64,000 nucleotides of DNA from Terriglobia bacterium (GTDB lineage Bacteria; Acidobacteriota; Terriglobia; Terriglobales; Acidobacteriaceae). Made by a program: the position numbers and the translations under genes. The DNA lies in contig CAWDJF010000001.1 in the NCBI GenBank assembly GCA_963802575.1, forward strand, positions 111,321-175,320, written 5' to 3'. A model generated the notes under the pieces. The model was not told the origin of the DNA and ran no database searches. It saw only the letters and a list, made by a program, of their open reading frames with translations. This document shows positions 36,667 to 46,011 of the stretch, one piece after another. How positions within the stretch are numbered: position 1 is the stretch's first letter; each line of letters opens with the position of its first letter.

Positions 36667-38718
36667 CTAGCTCTCCTCAACTCCAAAAAAAGCCTCTACT
36701 TGCTTCAAATCCGTCGTCCGCCGGTAACTCGGCAAGCTCTCCACAAACACCCGCCCGTACTGCTTCTTGAGAATCCGATTATCGAGCAGAGTAAGCAACC
36801 CGCGATCGTGCAAAGACCGAATCAGCCTTCCGAACCCCTGCTTCAAAGTGATCACCGCCGCCGGAACCTGATATTGAAAGAACGCGTTCCCACCCTCGGC
36901 ATCAATCGACTTCACCCGCGCCGCTACAACGGGATCGCTCGGCACCGCGAAGGGCAGCCTGTCGATAATCACGCAACTCAACTGTTCCCCCTGGACATCC
37001 ACGCCTTGCCAGAACGAAGAAGTCGCGAACAAGACAGCATGCGGCGTCAGCCGGAACTCCTCCAGCAGCGCGCTCTTCGGCGCGTCCCCCTGCAAGAGCA
37101 TGGGATAGTCCAACTCTCCTAACAACCGCTGATACACGTCATTCATCTGCGCATAGCTGGTGAAAAGCACAAAAGCCCGCCCGCGCGTGATCTCAAGCAA
37201 GCGCTTGATCCGGTCCGCCGCCTTCGCGGCAAACTGCGGCGTGCGCGGATCCGGCAAATCCGGGGGCACATAAAAGAGCGCCTGATTCTCGTAATCGAAA
37301 TGCGAAGGCAGGATCACTTCCCGCGCATGCTCCAACCCTAACCGCCGCCGCATATACTCAAACCCGCCGCCTACAGCCAGAGTCGCCGAAGTCAGCACCG
37401 CGCACTCCAACTGGTCGAACATGCAGGACTTCAGAATGGGAGCAACATCAATCGGCGTAGCCTGCAGGAAAACATTCTGCCGCCCACCGGAAGAAAAATT
37501 GTCTTTGGCCTTGGAAAACGAGCCTCGTCTCCGTTCAATCCAGAACACCGTGTTGTGATCTTCCTGCTCCATCAGAAAGCCCAACTGCACCTGCAATTGC
37601 TGCGCCCGCCGCGAGAAGTTAAACACCTCCTCCGGCTTCGAAGGCATGTTCTCGAGCTCAGAACCCAGCCTTCGCACCGATTGTTGCAGCGACAAATACT
37701 CTTCTCCGTTTTCTTCCAAAAACTCGCGTCTGTTCTCGAATGCAAAGCGCCCATCGCCCTGCGGCAGCACCGAGAAGAAGAACATCGCCCGTTCGCGCAA
37801 ACTCTTGACGGCTCCCGCCACTTGCGCCGAAAGCATGTGATTCCGCTGCAGCGAAATCTCCACGTCGCGGCACAATTCCTCAAAGCGCGCATTGCTGACG
37901 GTCACGCCAAAATAATTGCCGGCTACGTCTTCGAGTTCATGTGCTTCATCGAAGATGACCGCCCCCACCTCCGGCAGAATCCCCGCATCCGGCGCGTATT
38001 CGGCCTGTTGCTTGATCGCGAGATCGGCAAAGAACAGATGGTGATTGACGATGATGATGTCGCTCTCCATCGCCCGCCGGTGCATTTCGGTGATGAAGCA
38101 CTTATCGAACGCGCTGCACTTCTGCCCCAGACACGTGTCGGCCCGTGCATCCAGCTTGTGCCACAGCGCACTCGCCTCGGGCAACGACGCCAGCTCCGCC
38201 CGGTCCCCGGTATGCGTCGTCTTTTCCCATGCCGCAATCGCCCTGTAGTGCTCAATCTCTTCCAGTCCGCTCAGCACCGGCTGATCGGTCAGGTCATATA
38301 GCTTCTTTTTACACAAATAATTGTTGCGCCCCTTCATGTAGCAGACGTTCAACTTGCCTTCGCCGTTGGGAAACAACGCCTGCTCAAGGAAGGGAACGTC
38401 TTTCCAGAAAAGCTGCTCCTGCAGATTTTTTGTGCCGGTAGAAATAATGACGCGCTTTCCCGACCGAATGACGGGCACAAGATAGGCCAGCGTCTTTCCC
38501 GTACCGGTTCCAGCCTCGACGATGAGGTGCCGCCGCTCTTCGAGCGCCTGCTCGACGGCCTGTGCCATCTGCAACTGTCCTCGCCGGAATTCGTACGCAG
38601 GATGCGTCCGCGAAAGCACTCCTCCGGGCGAGAAGAACTGGTAAAGCGACACATCTTTCTTCGCCGGGGCAGCGGGATGAGAGGAAGAAGCCACGAAGTC
38701 TCTATAATACCCATGCAA
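36667..38718 (-). CDS. dinG: ATP-dependent DNA helicase, DinG/XPD-like (Fe-S cluster type)
   Basis: Walker A EAGTGTGKT, DEAH box FDEAHELE, Cys cluster C.GQKC..FDKCF, C-terminal helicase motifs (FWQGVD, QGFGRLIR). Confidence 0.8.
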   Translation of the reverse strand: MHGYYRDFVASSSHPAAPAKKDVSLYQFFSPGGVLSRTHPAYEFRRGQLQMAQAVEQALEERRHLIVEAGTGTGKTLAYLVPVIRSGKRVIISTGTKNLQEQLFWKDVPFLEQALFPNGEGKLNVCYMKGRNNYLCKKKLYDLTDQPVLSGLEEIEHYRAIAAWEKTTHTGDRAELASLPEASALWHKLDARADTCLGQKCSAFDKCFITEMHRRAMESDIIIVNHHLFFADLAIKQQAEYAPDAGILPEVGAVIFDEAHELEDVAGNYFGVTVSNARFEELCRDVEISLQRNHMLSAQVAGAVKSLRERAMFFFSVLPQGDGRFAFENRREFLEENGEEYLSLQQSVRRLGSELENMPSKPEEVFNFSRRAQQLQVQLGFLMEQEDHNTVFWIERRRGSFSKAKDNFSSGGRQNVFLQATPIDVAPILKSCMFDQLECAVLTSATLAVGGGFEYMRRRLGLEHAREVILPSHFDYENQALFYVPPDLPDPRTPQFAAKAADRIKRLLEITRGRAFVLFTSYAQMNDVYQRLLGELDYPMLLQGDAPKSALLEEFRLTPHAVLFATSSFWQGVDVQGEQLSCVIIDRLPFAVPSDPVVAARVKSIDAEGGNAFFQYQVPAAVITLKQGFGRLIRSLHDRGLLTLLDNRILKKQYGRVFVESLPSYRRTTDLKQVEAFFGVEES

Positions 38719-38795
38719 TGCCCATGTGGGGACGGGCGCCTTCGCCCGTCCAGGCCGTGGCGGTTTGTGCCACGGCTATTGTGTAACTCCCCTTT

Positions 38796-40256
38796 ATGAA
38801 ATCTGCCATCAAGCCGACCGAGATTGCCGCCAACTCCCCTCTGCTCGCCATCGTCGGCCGCCCCAACGTCGGCAAATCCACGCTCTTTAACAAACTCGTT
38901 GGCTCCCGCCGCGCCATCGTCGGCGACGAGCCTGGCATCACTCGTGACCGCCTCTACGGCGACTCTCACTGGCGCGGACGCGACTTCCGCATCGTCGACA
39001 CCGGCGGCATCCTTCCCGAAGACAAAGACTTCATCCCCGCCGAAATCTTCCGCCAGGCCCGGGTCGCGCTCGACGAAGCCGCCGCCATCATCATGGTGGT
39101 CGACGGACGCACCGAACTCGCCGCTCCCGACCTCGAACTCGCCCGCCTGCTGCAGCGTACCGGCAAGCCGCTCTTCCTCGCCGTCAATAAAGTCGACAGC
39201 GATAAGCAGCAAGGCCTCGAAGACGACGTCCACCGGCTCGGGCATCCGCAGAATCTTCCCCATCTCCGCCGAACACGGACGAGGCATCGACGATCTGCTG
39301 GACTCGGTGATCGAAACGCTGAAGTTGGAAAGTAGCGCCGGCGTCCCCGCCGGCCAAGATGAACCGGCCACGAGCCAAGAAGGCGAAGAAGTGGTCGAAG
39401 ATGAGCAACCGGCAACCGAAACCAAAGTCGCCATCATCGGCCACCCCAACGTAGGCAAATCCACGCTCTTGAATCACCTGACCGGCACCTCGCGCGCTAT
39501 CGTCTCCCCCATCCCCGGCACCACCCGCGACGCGGTCGACGAAGTCATCGAACGTGACGGACAGACCTTCCGCTTCATCGACACCGCCGGCATTCGCCGC
39601 AAAGGCAAGACCCACCTGATGGCCGAGAAGCTTTCCGTCGTCATGTCGCGCAAGCATCTCGAAGCCGCCGACATCGCTCTGCTGGTGATCGACGCCACCG
39701 AGGGAGTGAATGCCCTCGACGCCACCATCGCCGGATACGCCCACGAGAGCGGACGCTCCGTCATCATTGTTGTCAATAAATGGGATCTGGTGATCGCGGG
39801 AAGAATCCTCCGGCCAACCAGTCAAAAGCTGCGCGCATGCAGGAGAGCAAGCGCCCCGGAGACCGCGCTGCCTACGAATATCGCCTGCGCGACAGCCTGA
39901 AATTCCTCAGCTACGCGCCAATTATTTTTATTTCCGCGGCCTCAGGAAAGAACGTCGACAAAATCTGGCCGCTGCTCGAAGAAGTCGCCGCTGAACGGCG
40001 CAAGCGCATCACCACGGGAGAGATGAACCGTTTCCTGAAACACATCGACTTCGACCGCGCGTCGGTCCCGGCCAGCAAGCGCATCAAGATTTACTACATG
40101 ACCCAGGCCAAAGTCTCGCCACCAACGTTCATCTTGTTCACTGACCGCAACATCAAACTGCACTTCTCGTATCAGCGCTTCATCGAAAACCAAATCCGCG
40201 AAGCCTTCGGCTTTGTGGGTACGCCGATTTGGATAAAAAACCGAGCCAGGGATTAA
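38796..40256 (+). CDS. der: Ribosome-associated GTPase Der/EngA; two frame breaks (about 39240-39242 and about 39798-39802)
   Basis: GD1 IVGRPNVGKSTLFN...DTGG...NKVD in frame 0; PISAEHGRGIDDLL + GD2 IIGHPNVGKSTLLN...DTAG...NKWDL in frame 1; KH-like C-terminus (IFISA.SG.NV...KIYY.TQ....PPTF.LF) back in frame 0. Confidence 0.85.
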
Positions 40257-40271
40257 TGCGGAGATAAATCT

Positions 40272-41085
40272 TCAAGCGGTCAGCCGCACCAAAGCTCGCG
40301 AGCTAACGAATTCTTCTGCAAGACGCATACAACTCGCTCGATCCGGCACCTCCGCAAGCACCCGCTGGGGATACTGATCGTACGTACGTCCATCGAGCAA
40401 GCGGCCATTCTTCACCTTTCGCACGCCGCCCCACTGCTTGAAGAAGAACGGCACACGCTGCTCGCGGCACTGCTCGCGAATCGAAATCACCCAATCTTTT
40501 TTCATTGGACGCGCGCCCGGGCCGCTCTCGCCGCCCACAATCACCCAATGAATGCCCGAGAGATTCATCTCGCCCAGGTCTTCCAGCAGGGGCTCGACCG
40601 ACAGGAACCGCACCGCGGCGGGAGCCCGCCGCAAGTCATCGATTCGCGGCAGACCGTACTTCTTGTCTTCAACGCTGACGCCCCACCAGATGTTTTCGCG
40701 CTTCCCCGCAAAGCGCAGCGGCCCCTTCAGCAATGCGAGCAATCTCTCCGACCGCTTGGTCAGCACCTGATAGGTGTGCCAATTCGCTCTCGTCATCACC
40801 CACGCGACGGCTTCGGCGTAGTCATCGGGCACGCCGTCCTGAAACAGGTCGCTCATCGAATTCACAAAGACCAGCTTGGGCGAGCGCCAGGTGAATGGCT
40901 CCGTCAACTTCTCCGGCACCAATCGCAAATCAAACCCCTGCTCATACGGATGCCCCTTCACCCCGCGAAACCTCTCCGCAAAGGTCTCGGCATAGCAATG
41001 CTTGCACCCGGGACTGATCTTGGTGCAGCCGCGCACGGGATTCCAGGTGGCGTCGGTCCATTCGATGTGGGAGTTGCAGTGACAT
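40272..41085 (-). CDS. DUF5131 / phage Gp37-Gp68 family protein (three-Cys type); probable frame break in codons 5-7
   Basis: IEWTDATWNPVRGCTKISPGCKHCYAE...FVNSMSDLF...FLSVEPLL...WVIVGGESG...FFFKQWGG; the ATG at 41085 (MSLQLP) is out of frame by one nt at a CCC run (41069-41071 on +). Confidence 0.75.
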
Positions 41086-41269
41086 TGTCAGATCTTATCT
41101 AGCCCAGCCGCAAAGTGATGTTTCGACATCAGTGCGAATACTTCAGCCTTGTTCTCCTAGTATGGCATTCGATCTCGATGTTCGTACATCCGGCAAGCCG
41201 CTCGTGAGAAGCCAGTTCTGGATCTGTGCAATGTAGCCTCTGCATCTGAGATGGGCTAATAAACCGTAA

Positions 41270-42164
41270 CCTACCGAACTCCATTCGCGTCTTGGACACA
41301 ACACAAGCTAGGAAGTCATTGAAGAATGGTACCTCCATAGCCTACAGCTGGATTTTCGATCAGTCAGCAAGCTCGGTCTTACTCGATCAGCTATGTCGAC
41401 GCTTTTGCGGGAACGGGAGTTACCTCGACCCGAGCCCACCGGATTCGCCGAGCTCCTTCCCCAATTGCGAGAGGATGAGCAAGAGTTTCGCAAAGGTAGC
41501 GTGATACGTGCCTTAGAGGCTGTGCCTCCGTTCGACAAGTATGTTCTTATCGAAAAAGATGCTGCAAAATGCCGGGAGCTCAGTCACACCTTGTCCGAAT
41601 TCTCGGATCGCAGCGTGGAAATAGTTAACGAAGATGCCAACGAGGCGCTTCTGAAGTGGTGCGCGAAGCTGGACTCGAGAGCGAGAGCGCGCCGTGGTAT
41701 TCGCTCGACCCTTTTGGCGCGTCGGTGACATGGGAGGCTGTCGCAGCGTTGGGGCGAACGAGCGCAGTAGATCTGTGGGTGTTGTTTCCCTATTCCGCAA
41801 TTAATCGGATGCTTGTACGTAACCGGAAGCCGCCAAAGGCTTGGGCTCAGCGGCTTACTTCTGTGTTTGGCACGAACGAGTGGGAGCGCTAGATTTTATG
41901 CTACCGACGCCTTCCAATCACTCCTTGATCCAAACCAGACGGATCGAGTCTGTCCGCAAGTCGGCGGACAATCGAGTGATTACGGACTTCTACGTCGAAC
42001 GACTCGGACGAGAATTCGTGGCCGTTAGCGATCCGTTTCCGATGCATAATTCAAACGGCTCTTTAATGTTTATTCTCTTTTTCGCTGCGGCCAACAAGCA
42101 CAGCGCTAAGACAGGGCTCAAGATCGCCAACGATATTATTGGCAAAGAATTAGATTTGAGCTAA
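41270..42164 (+). pseudogene. TcmP-like (three-Cys-motif partner protein) gene split over roughly six frame changes
   Basis: Fragments in different frames: WTQHKL / EVIEEWYL / YVDAFAGTG / GSVIRALEA..YVLIEKD...VNEDANE / SLDPFGASVTWEAV....VDLWVLFPYSAINRM / FGTNEWE / ...LMFILFFAAANKH; family assignment from memory of the TIGR04474 signature; 5' boundary uncertain. Confidence 0.5.
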
Positions 42165-42208
42165 CCGCTCCCCACGCGGGCGAGGGCGCCCGCGCCACGC
42201 AACCAACA

Positions 42209-43759
42209 CTACAGCGGTATGTTCCCATGCTTCTTCGGCGGGTTCTTATCCCGCTTGGTCTGCAGCATCTCCAGCGCCTGGATCAATTTCTTCCGCGTGT
42301 CCCTCGGCTGGATCACAGCATCCACGAATCCCCGATCCGCCGCCACGTAGGGATTGGCAAAGCGTTCACGGAATTCTTCGATCTTCTCGGCGCGAATCGC
42401 GATTTTGTTCGCCGCTTTCTCTAAATCTCGCTTGTAGACGATGTCCACCGCGCCTTCCGGCCCCATCACCGCGATCTCGGCTGTCGGCCACGCATAGTTC
42501 ACGTCGGTGCGAATGTGTTTCGACGCCATGACGCAGTACGCGCCGCCGTACGCCTTGCGCGTGATCACCGTCACCTTGGGCACGGTCGCCTCGGCAAAGG
42601 CGTACAGCAGCTTCGCGCCGTGCTTGATGATGCCGCCGTACTCTTGCGTCGTGCCGGGCAGAAATCCCGGAACATCTTCGAACGTCACCAGCGGAATGTT
42701 GAAGCAATCGCAGAAGCGGACGAAACGCGCGCCCTTGATGGACGCATTGATGTCGAGCGTCCCCGCCAGCATCGCCGGCTGGTTGGCCACAATTCCTACC
42801 GGGCGTCCGTTCAACCGGGCGAATCCGATGACGATGTTTTTGGCGTAGTGCTCCTGCACTTCGAAGAAATATCCATCGTCAATCACCGCATGGATGACAT
42901 CTTTCATGTCATACGGCTGGTTCGACTCCGTGGGGACAATCTTGTCGAGCGCCGAGTCGGCCCGGTCAATCGGATCGGTGCACACCTTTCGCGGGGGATC
43001 ATCCAGATTGTTCGACGGCACGAAGCTGAGCAGCTCGCGCACCATCGACAGGCACTCGGCATCGTCGTGCGCCAGGAAATGCGCCACGCCGGAAGTCTCG
43101 TTGTGCGTCATAGCTCCGCCCAGCTGATCTTTTGTCACATCCTCATGCGTCACCGTCTTGATCACATCCGGCCCGGTAATGAACATGTACGAAGTCTTAT
43201 CGACCATCAAGATAAAATCGGTAATCGCCGGAGAATACACAGCGCCGCCCGCGCACGGCCCCATGATGGCCGAGATCTGCGGGACTACGCCGCTGTAGAG
43301 CGTATTGCGCAGGAAAATGTCGGCATAGCCTGCCAGCGACATCACGCCTTCTTGAATCCGAGCCCCGCCCGAATCGTTCAGCCCTATCACCGGTGCGCCC
43401 ATCTTCGCCGCCAGATCCATGATCTTGACGATCTTGGCCGCGTTCGCCTCCGACAAAGACCCGCCGAACACGGTGAAGTCCTGCGCGAAGGCGAACACCA
43501 ACCGGCCCTCGATGCGTCCGTAGCCGGTGATGAAGCCGTCGCCGTAATACTTCTGCTGCTGCATGCCGAAATCGTTGCAGCGGTGCGTGACCAGCTTGTC
43601 GGTTTCTTCGAACGTACCTTCATCGAGCAGGAACTCGATGCGCTCGCGCGCCGACATCTTGCCCTCTTTGTGCTGCCGCTCGCGGCGCTGCGCTCCGCCG
43701 CCCTCTTGCGCCAAATGATCGCGACGCTTCAGCTCTTCCAGCTTCTGTTCCAGATTCAT
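42209..43759 (-). CDS. Acyl-CoA carboxylase carboxyltransferase (beta) subunit, propionyl-CoA carboxylase/methylmalonyl-CoA carboxyltransferase type
   Basis: KLEELKRR....GGG..R..RQH..GK.SARERI..LLD.G.F.E.D; GGSLSE..A.KI.K.MDLA...[16 protein letters not shown]. Confidence 0.88.
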   Translation of the reverse strand: MNLEQKLEELKRRDHLAQEGGGAQRRERQHKEGKMSARERIEFLLDEGTFEETDKLVTHRCNDFGMQQQKYYGDGFITGYGRIEGRLVFAFAQDFTVFGGSLSEANAAKIVKIMDLAAKMGAPVIGLNDSGGARIQEGVMSLAGYADIFLRNTLYSGVVPQISAIMGPCAGGAVYSPAITDFILMVDKTSYMFITGPDVIKTVTHEDVTKDQLGGAMTHNETSGVAHFLAHDDAECLSMVRELLSFVPSNNLDDPPRKVCTDPIDRADSALDKIVPTESNQPYDMKDVIHAVIDDGYFFEVQEHYAKNIVIGFARLNGRPVGIVANQPAMLAGTLDINASIKGARFVRFCDCFNIPLVTFEDVPGFLPGTTQEYGGIIKHGAKLLYAFAEATVPKVTVITRKAYGGAYCVMASKHIRTDVNYAWPTAEIAVMGPEGAVDIVYKRDLEKAANKIAIRAEKIEEFRERFANPYVAADRGFVDAVIQPRDTRKKLIQALEMLQTKRDKNPPKKHGNIPL

Positions 43760-43830
43760 GGGGAGAGATTATATCGGGTGGGTGAACAGTGGCGTGTGAG
43801 GTAAGACGCAATAAGCTGTGACGAGAGGGG

Positions 43831-43905
43831 CATCAGGCTTCGGGCCTCAGGCTTCAGGAAACCACGCTTTTCCCGATGCCCGACGCCAGAAGCCTGACGC
43901 CGAGG
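43831..43905. repeat. Word-like inverted repeat (TCAGGCTTC units / GAAGCCTGA)
   Basis: CATCAGGCTTCGGGCCTCAGGCTTCAGG ... GCCAGAAGCCTGACGCCGAGG. Confidence 0.6.
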
Positions 43906-44472
43906 TTATTCCATACTCGAGCCGAGCGGAGTGTACTTGTACTTCTTGCCGTCGAAATAGAGCGCCGATGTCATTCCGTCGCTGCTGGTCTCTTCGGCAT
44001 AGATCGCCATGATGGTCTTCTTGCGCGCAGTCATTTTCTTAATGACCAGCGACTTGTAGGGCAAGTTAATGATCATGAACTTGGCCTTCGGAGTATCCGA
44101 CCGCCAGGCTTCGGGGCCATCGCCATGAATGATCAGCAGCACGGTGCCGCGCGCCGCAGGATCTTCGGTGGCGAATTCGCTGGTCACCTTGGGATTGCCG
44201 TAGCCGTAAAAAGTGTAATACGGATCTTCCACGCGGAAGCCGTTCTCCGCCTGATCCATCATCGGCTTGGTGCAGTGCGCCGGGATCACGATGTCTTCAA
44301 TGCCATCGCCATCCAGGTCGCCGGTAAGCGCCGAGAACCCGGGCTGCAGCTTGCACGAATCGCCAAACTGCTTCTGCACAAAATCGTTGTCAACGTTCGC
44401 CACCGGCTGCACCGCGTAGGCCAGAGACGCCGCAAAGAACACAAGCACGAGACCGCAATTTCGTAACGCCAT
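43906..44472 (-). CDS. Secreted hypothetical protein (one FG-GAP-like DLDGDGIEDIV motif)
   Basis: Signal peptide MALRNCGLVLVFFAASLAYA. Confidence 0.5.
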   Translation of the reverse strand: MALRNCGLVLVFFAASLAYAVQPVANVDNDFVQKQFGDSCKLQPGFSALTGDLDGDGIEDIVIPAHCTKPMMDQAENGFRVEDPYYTFYGYGNPKVTSEFATEDPAARGTVLLIIHGDGPEAWRSDTPKAKFMIINLPYKSLVIKKMTARKKTIMAIYAEETSSDGMTSALYFDGKKYKYTPLGSSME

Positions 44473-44562
44473 GCGGTTACTTTAGACCGATACCCCGCGC
44501 CAATCCTAGAGAAAGAAGTGGTTCCAAGGTGAACGTTAGGACATGTACCAGTGGTGTACCAT

Positions 44563-44952
44563 CTACCTAGGCCGACCAAAGAACAGGACGTAGCCGTCAG
44601 GATCAGAAATCTCGAAGCCGCGCAGACCGTCGTGTGTATCTTTGAGCGGAGCGCTGAATGCTGCGCCATGATCCGCAAATTCGGCGGCGAGCGCATCCGG
44701 GTCTGGTGCGTAGACGAAGGCATCCCACCTTATCGACGGACAACGCTTCGGGTTCGGCAGCGGCGCGGTGTCTTTATCGGACTTGATGAAGATCTGCGCT
44801 CCGTCGCGGCCGATGATGGCGAAAAAGGGATTTCGTTCCGGCTGCTGGAATCTCACCTCAAAGCCCAGCTTGTCGCGGTAAAAAGCGATGGTCTGATCGA
44901 CGTTGCTGACGATGAAGAACGGTGAAATCGCCTGCGTCGTTGGTCGTGTCAT
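44563..44952 (-). CDS. VOC (glyoxalase/bleomycin-resistance) family protein
   Basis: IAFYRDKLGFEV.......F.II.RDGA.IF......DAF.Y..D.DAL..EF...GA.F...L.DT..GLRGFEI.DPDGY.L.FG. Confidence 0.7.
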   Translation of the reverse strand: MTRPTTQAISPFFIVSNVDQTIAFYRDKLGFEVRFQQPERNPFFAIIGRDGAQIFIKSDKDTAPLPNPKRCPSIRWDAFVYAPDPDALAAEFADHGAAFSAPLKDTHDGLRGFEISDPDGYVLFFGRPR

Positions 44953-45093
44953 AAGCGTGGAGCCTCTTGCACTCTGTTACTCGTTTTTCCTTTGTTAACG
45001 CTTCTCCGGCATTGTTGTGACAACAAGCAAAAACGGCGGATGCCTCTCGAAAGAGAAGCTTCCGCCGCCAATCTTGTCGACGTCTAAAGGTCC

Positions 45094-45107
45094 GACGTCC
45101 GAGGTCC
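45094..45107. repeat. 14-nt GACGTCCGAGGTCC (tandemly extended), inverted partner at 45900-45913
   Basis: Exact reverse-complement match; the two copies bracket the bactofilin gene. Confidence 0.7.
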
Positions 45108-45117
45108 GAGGTCCGCT

Positions 45118-45675
45118 TTATGCCCTGGCCGCTGCCGCTTCCACCGCGGGCGAGGTCGAAGTGGTCTTCACTTCTTCCGCCCCGTTGGCCTTCTGTCCGG
45201 CCTTGCGGATGTCGATGCCGCCCTTGAAGAACGCGCCATCTTCAATCGAAATGCGCGCCGCCACCACGTCGCCCGTGAGCGAGCCGTCGCTGCGGATATC
45301 CACGCGATCGCTGGCCGTCAGGTTGCCGCGCACTTTGCCCAGCACCACGATTTCGCGCGCGTTGATGTTGGCCGCGACTACGCCATTGCGGCCGACCGTC
45401 ACCCGGTTGCCCGAGAGGTTGATGGATCCTTCCACGCGACCGTCAATGTAAAGCGACTCGCTTCCCGTCACTTCACCCTTGATCACCAGCGATTTCCCGA
45501 TCGTCGCCTGGTCTGCCGTGGCCGTAGTGCTCACCGCTCGCGGCGTCGCCGCGGCTGCCGGTTCGCTGCTCATCGAAGACGAAGAAGAAGGAGCGGGGGT
45601 CGTCGGCATGGCGGTCGGGCGCTCCGGCTCACCTGGCCGGCCTGGTGTCGTAGGCTGATTTGTGGGCTTCCACAT
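45118..45675 (-). CDS. Bactofilin family polymer-forming protein
   Basis: Beta-helical repeats IKGEVTGSESLYIDGRVEGSINLSGNRVTVGRNGVVAANINAREIVVLGKVRGNLTASDRVDIRSDGSLTGDV.AARISIEDGAFFKG; Pro/Ser-rich N-terminus. Confidence 0.85.
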   Translation of the reverse strand: MWKPTNQPTTPGRPGEPERPTAMPTTPAPSSSSSMSSEPAAAATPRAVSTTATADQATIGKSLVIKGEVTGSESLYIDGRVEGSINLSGNRVTVGRNGVVAANINAREIVVLGKVRGNLTASDRVDIRSDGSLTGDVVAARISIEDGAFFKGGIDIRKAGQKANGAEEVKTTSTSPAVEAAAARA

Positions 45676-45899
45676 GGGCAATAATTCCTTTCCTTTTTTA
45701 GGATGGATCAGGGTCAAAGCCGCATTTCGGTGACCATCTCGTATTCTACTCCTCAGACAGCGTGATTGAAGCTGTGGAAATCATTAGAAGCACTGGAAAT
45801 CCAGCCTTTTTTCTCACTCGAAAGGGCAGCCCAGAAGGACATGCCTTCTCACCTCGCCAGAGTAATTCTTGCGCCCTTCTCGAAAAATCCACCAAAGAC

Positions 45900-45913
45900 G
45901 GACCTCGGACGTC
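45900..45913. repeat. GGACCTCGGACGTC, inverted partner of 45094-45107; lies within a larger word-like palindrome reaching about 45965
   Basis: Exact reverse complement; followed by CAGACCTCAG...AAGGTCTGACGTCTGACGTCCGG. Confidence 0.7.
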
Positions 45914-46011
45914 AGACCTCAGCCAGGCGAGACTCTTGCTAAGGTCTGACGTCTGACGTCCGGTCTTGGTTTAAGCTAAGAGCCACGAGCTAACAGCTAA
46001 AAAGCTCGCTC

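Noticed and set aside
38796-40256. der, rnr (46012-48467) and rpsA (59407-61270) read as true pseudogenes
   Set aside because: All domains are intact on either side of single-base shifts, several of which lie at short homopolymers. Simultaneous loss of these conserved genes is implausible, so assembly indels are the simpler explanation.
41129-41338. 69-aa minus-strand ORF between the DUF5131 and TcmP-like genes
   Set aside because: No RBS or motif; it overlaps the degraded 5' region of the TcmP-like gene and is probably spurious.
44473-44562. Same-frame adjacency of the VOC gene and the 188-aa secreted protein gene as a stop-codon readthrough candidate
   Set aside because: The downstream protein starts with its own signal peptide and the two proteins are unrelated in function, so the shared frame is coincidental.
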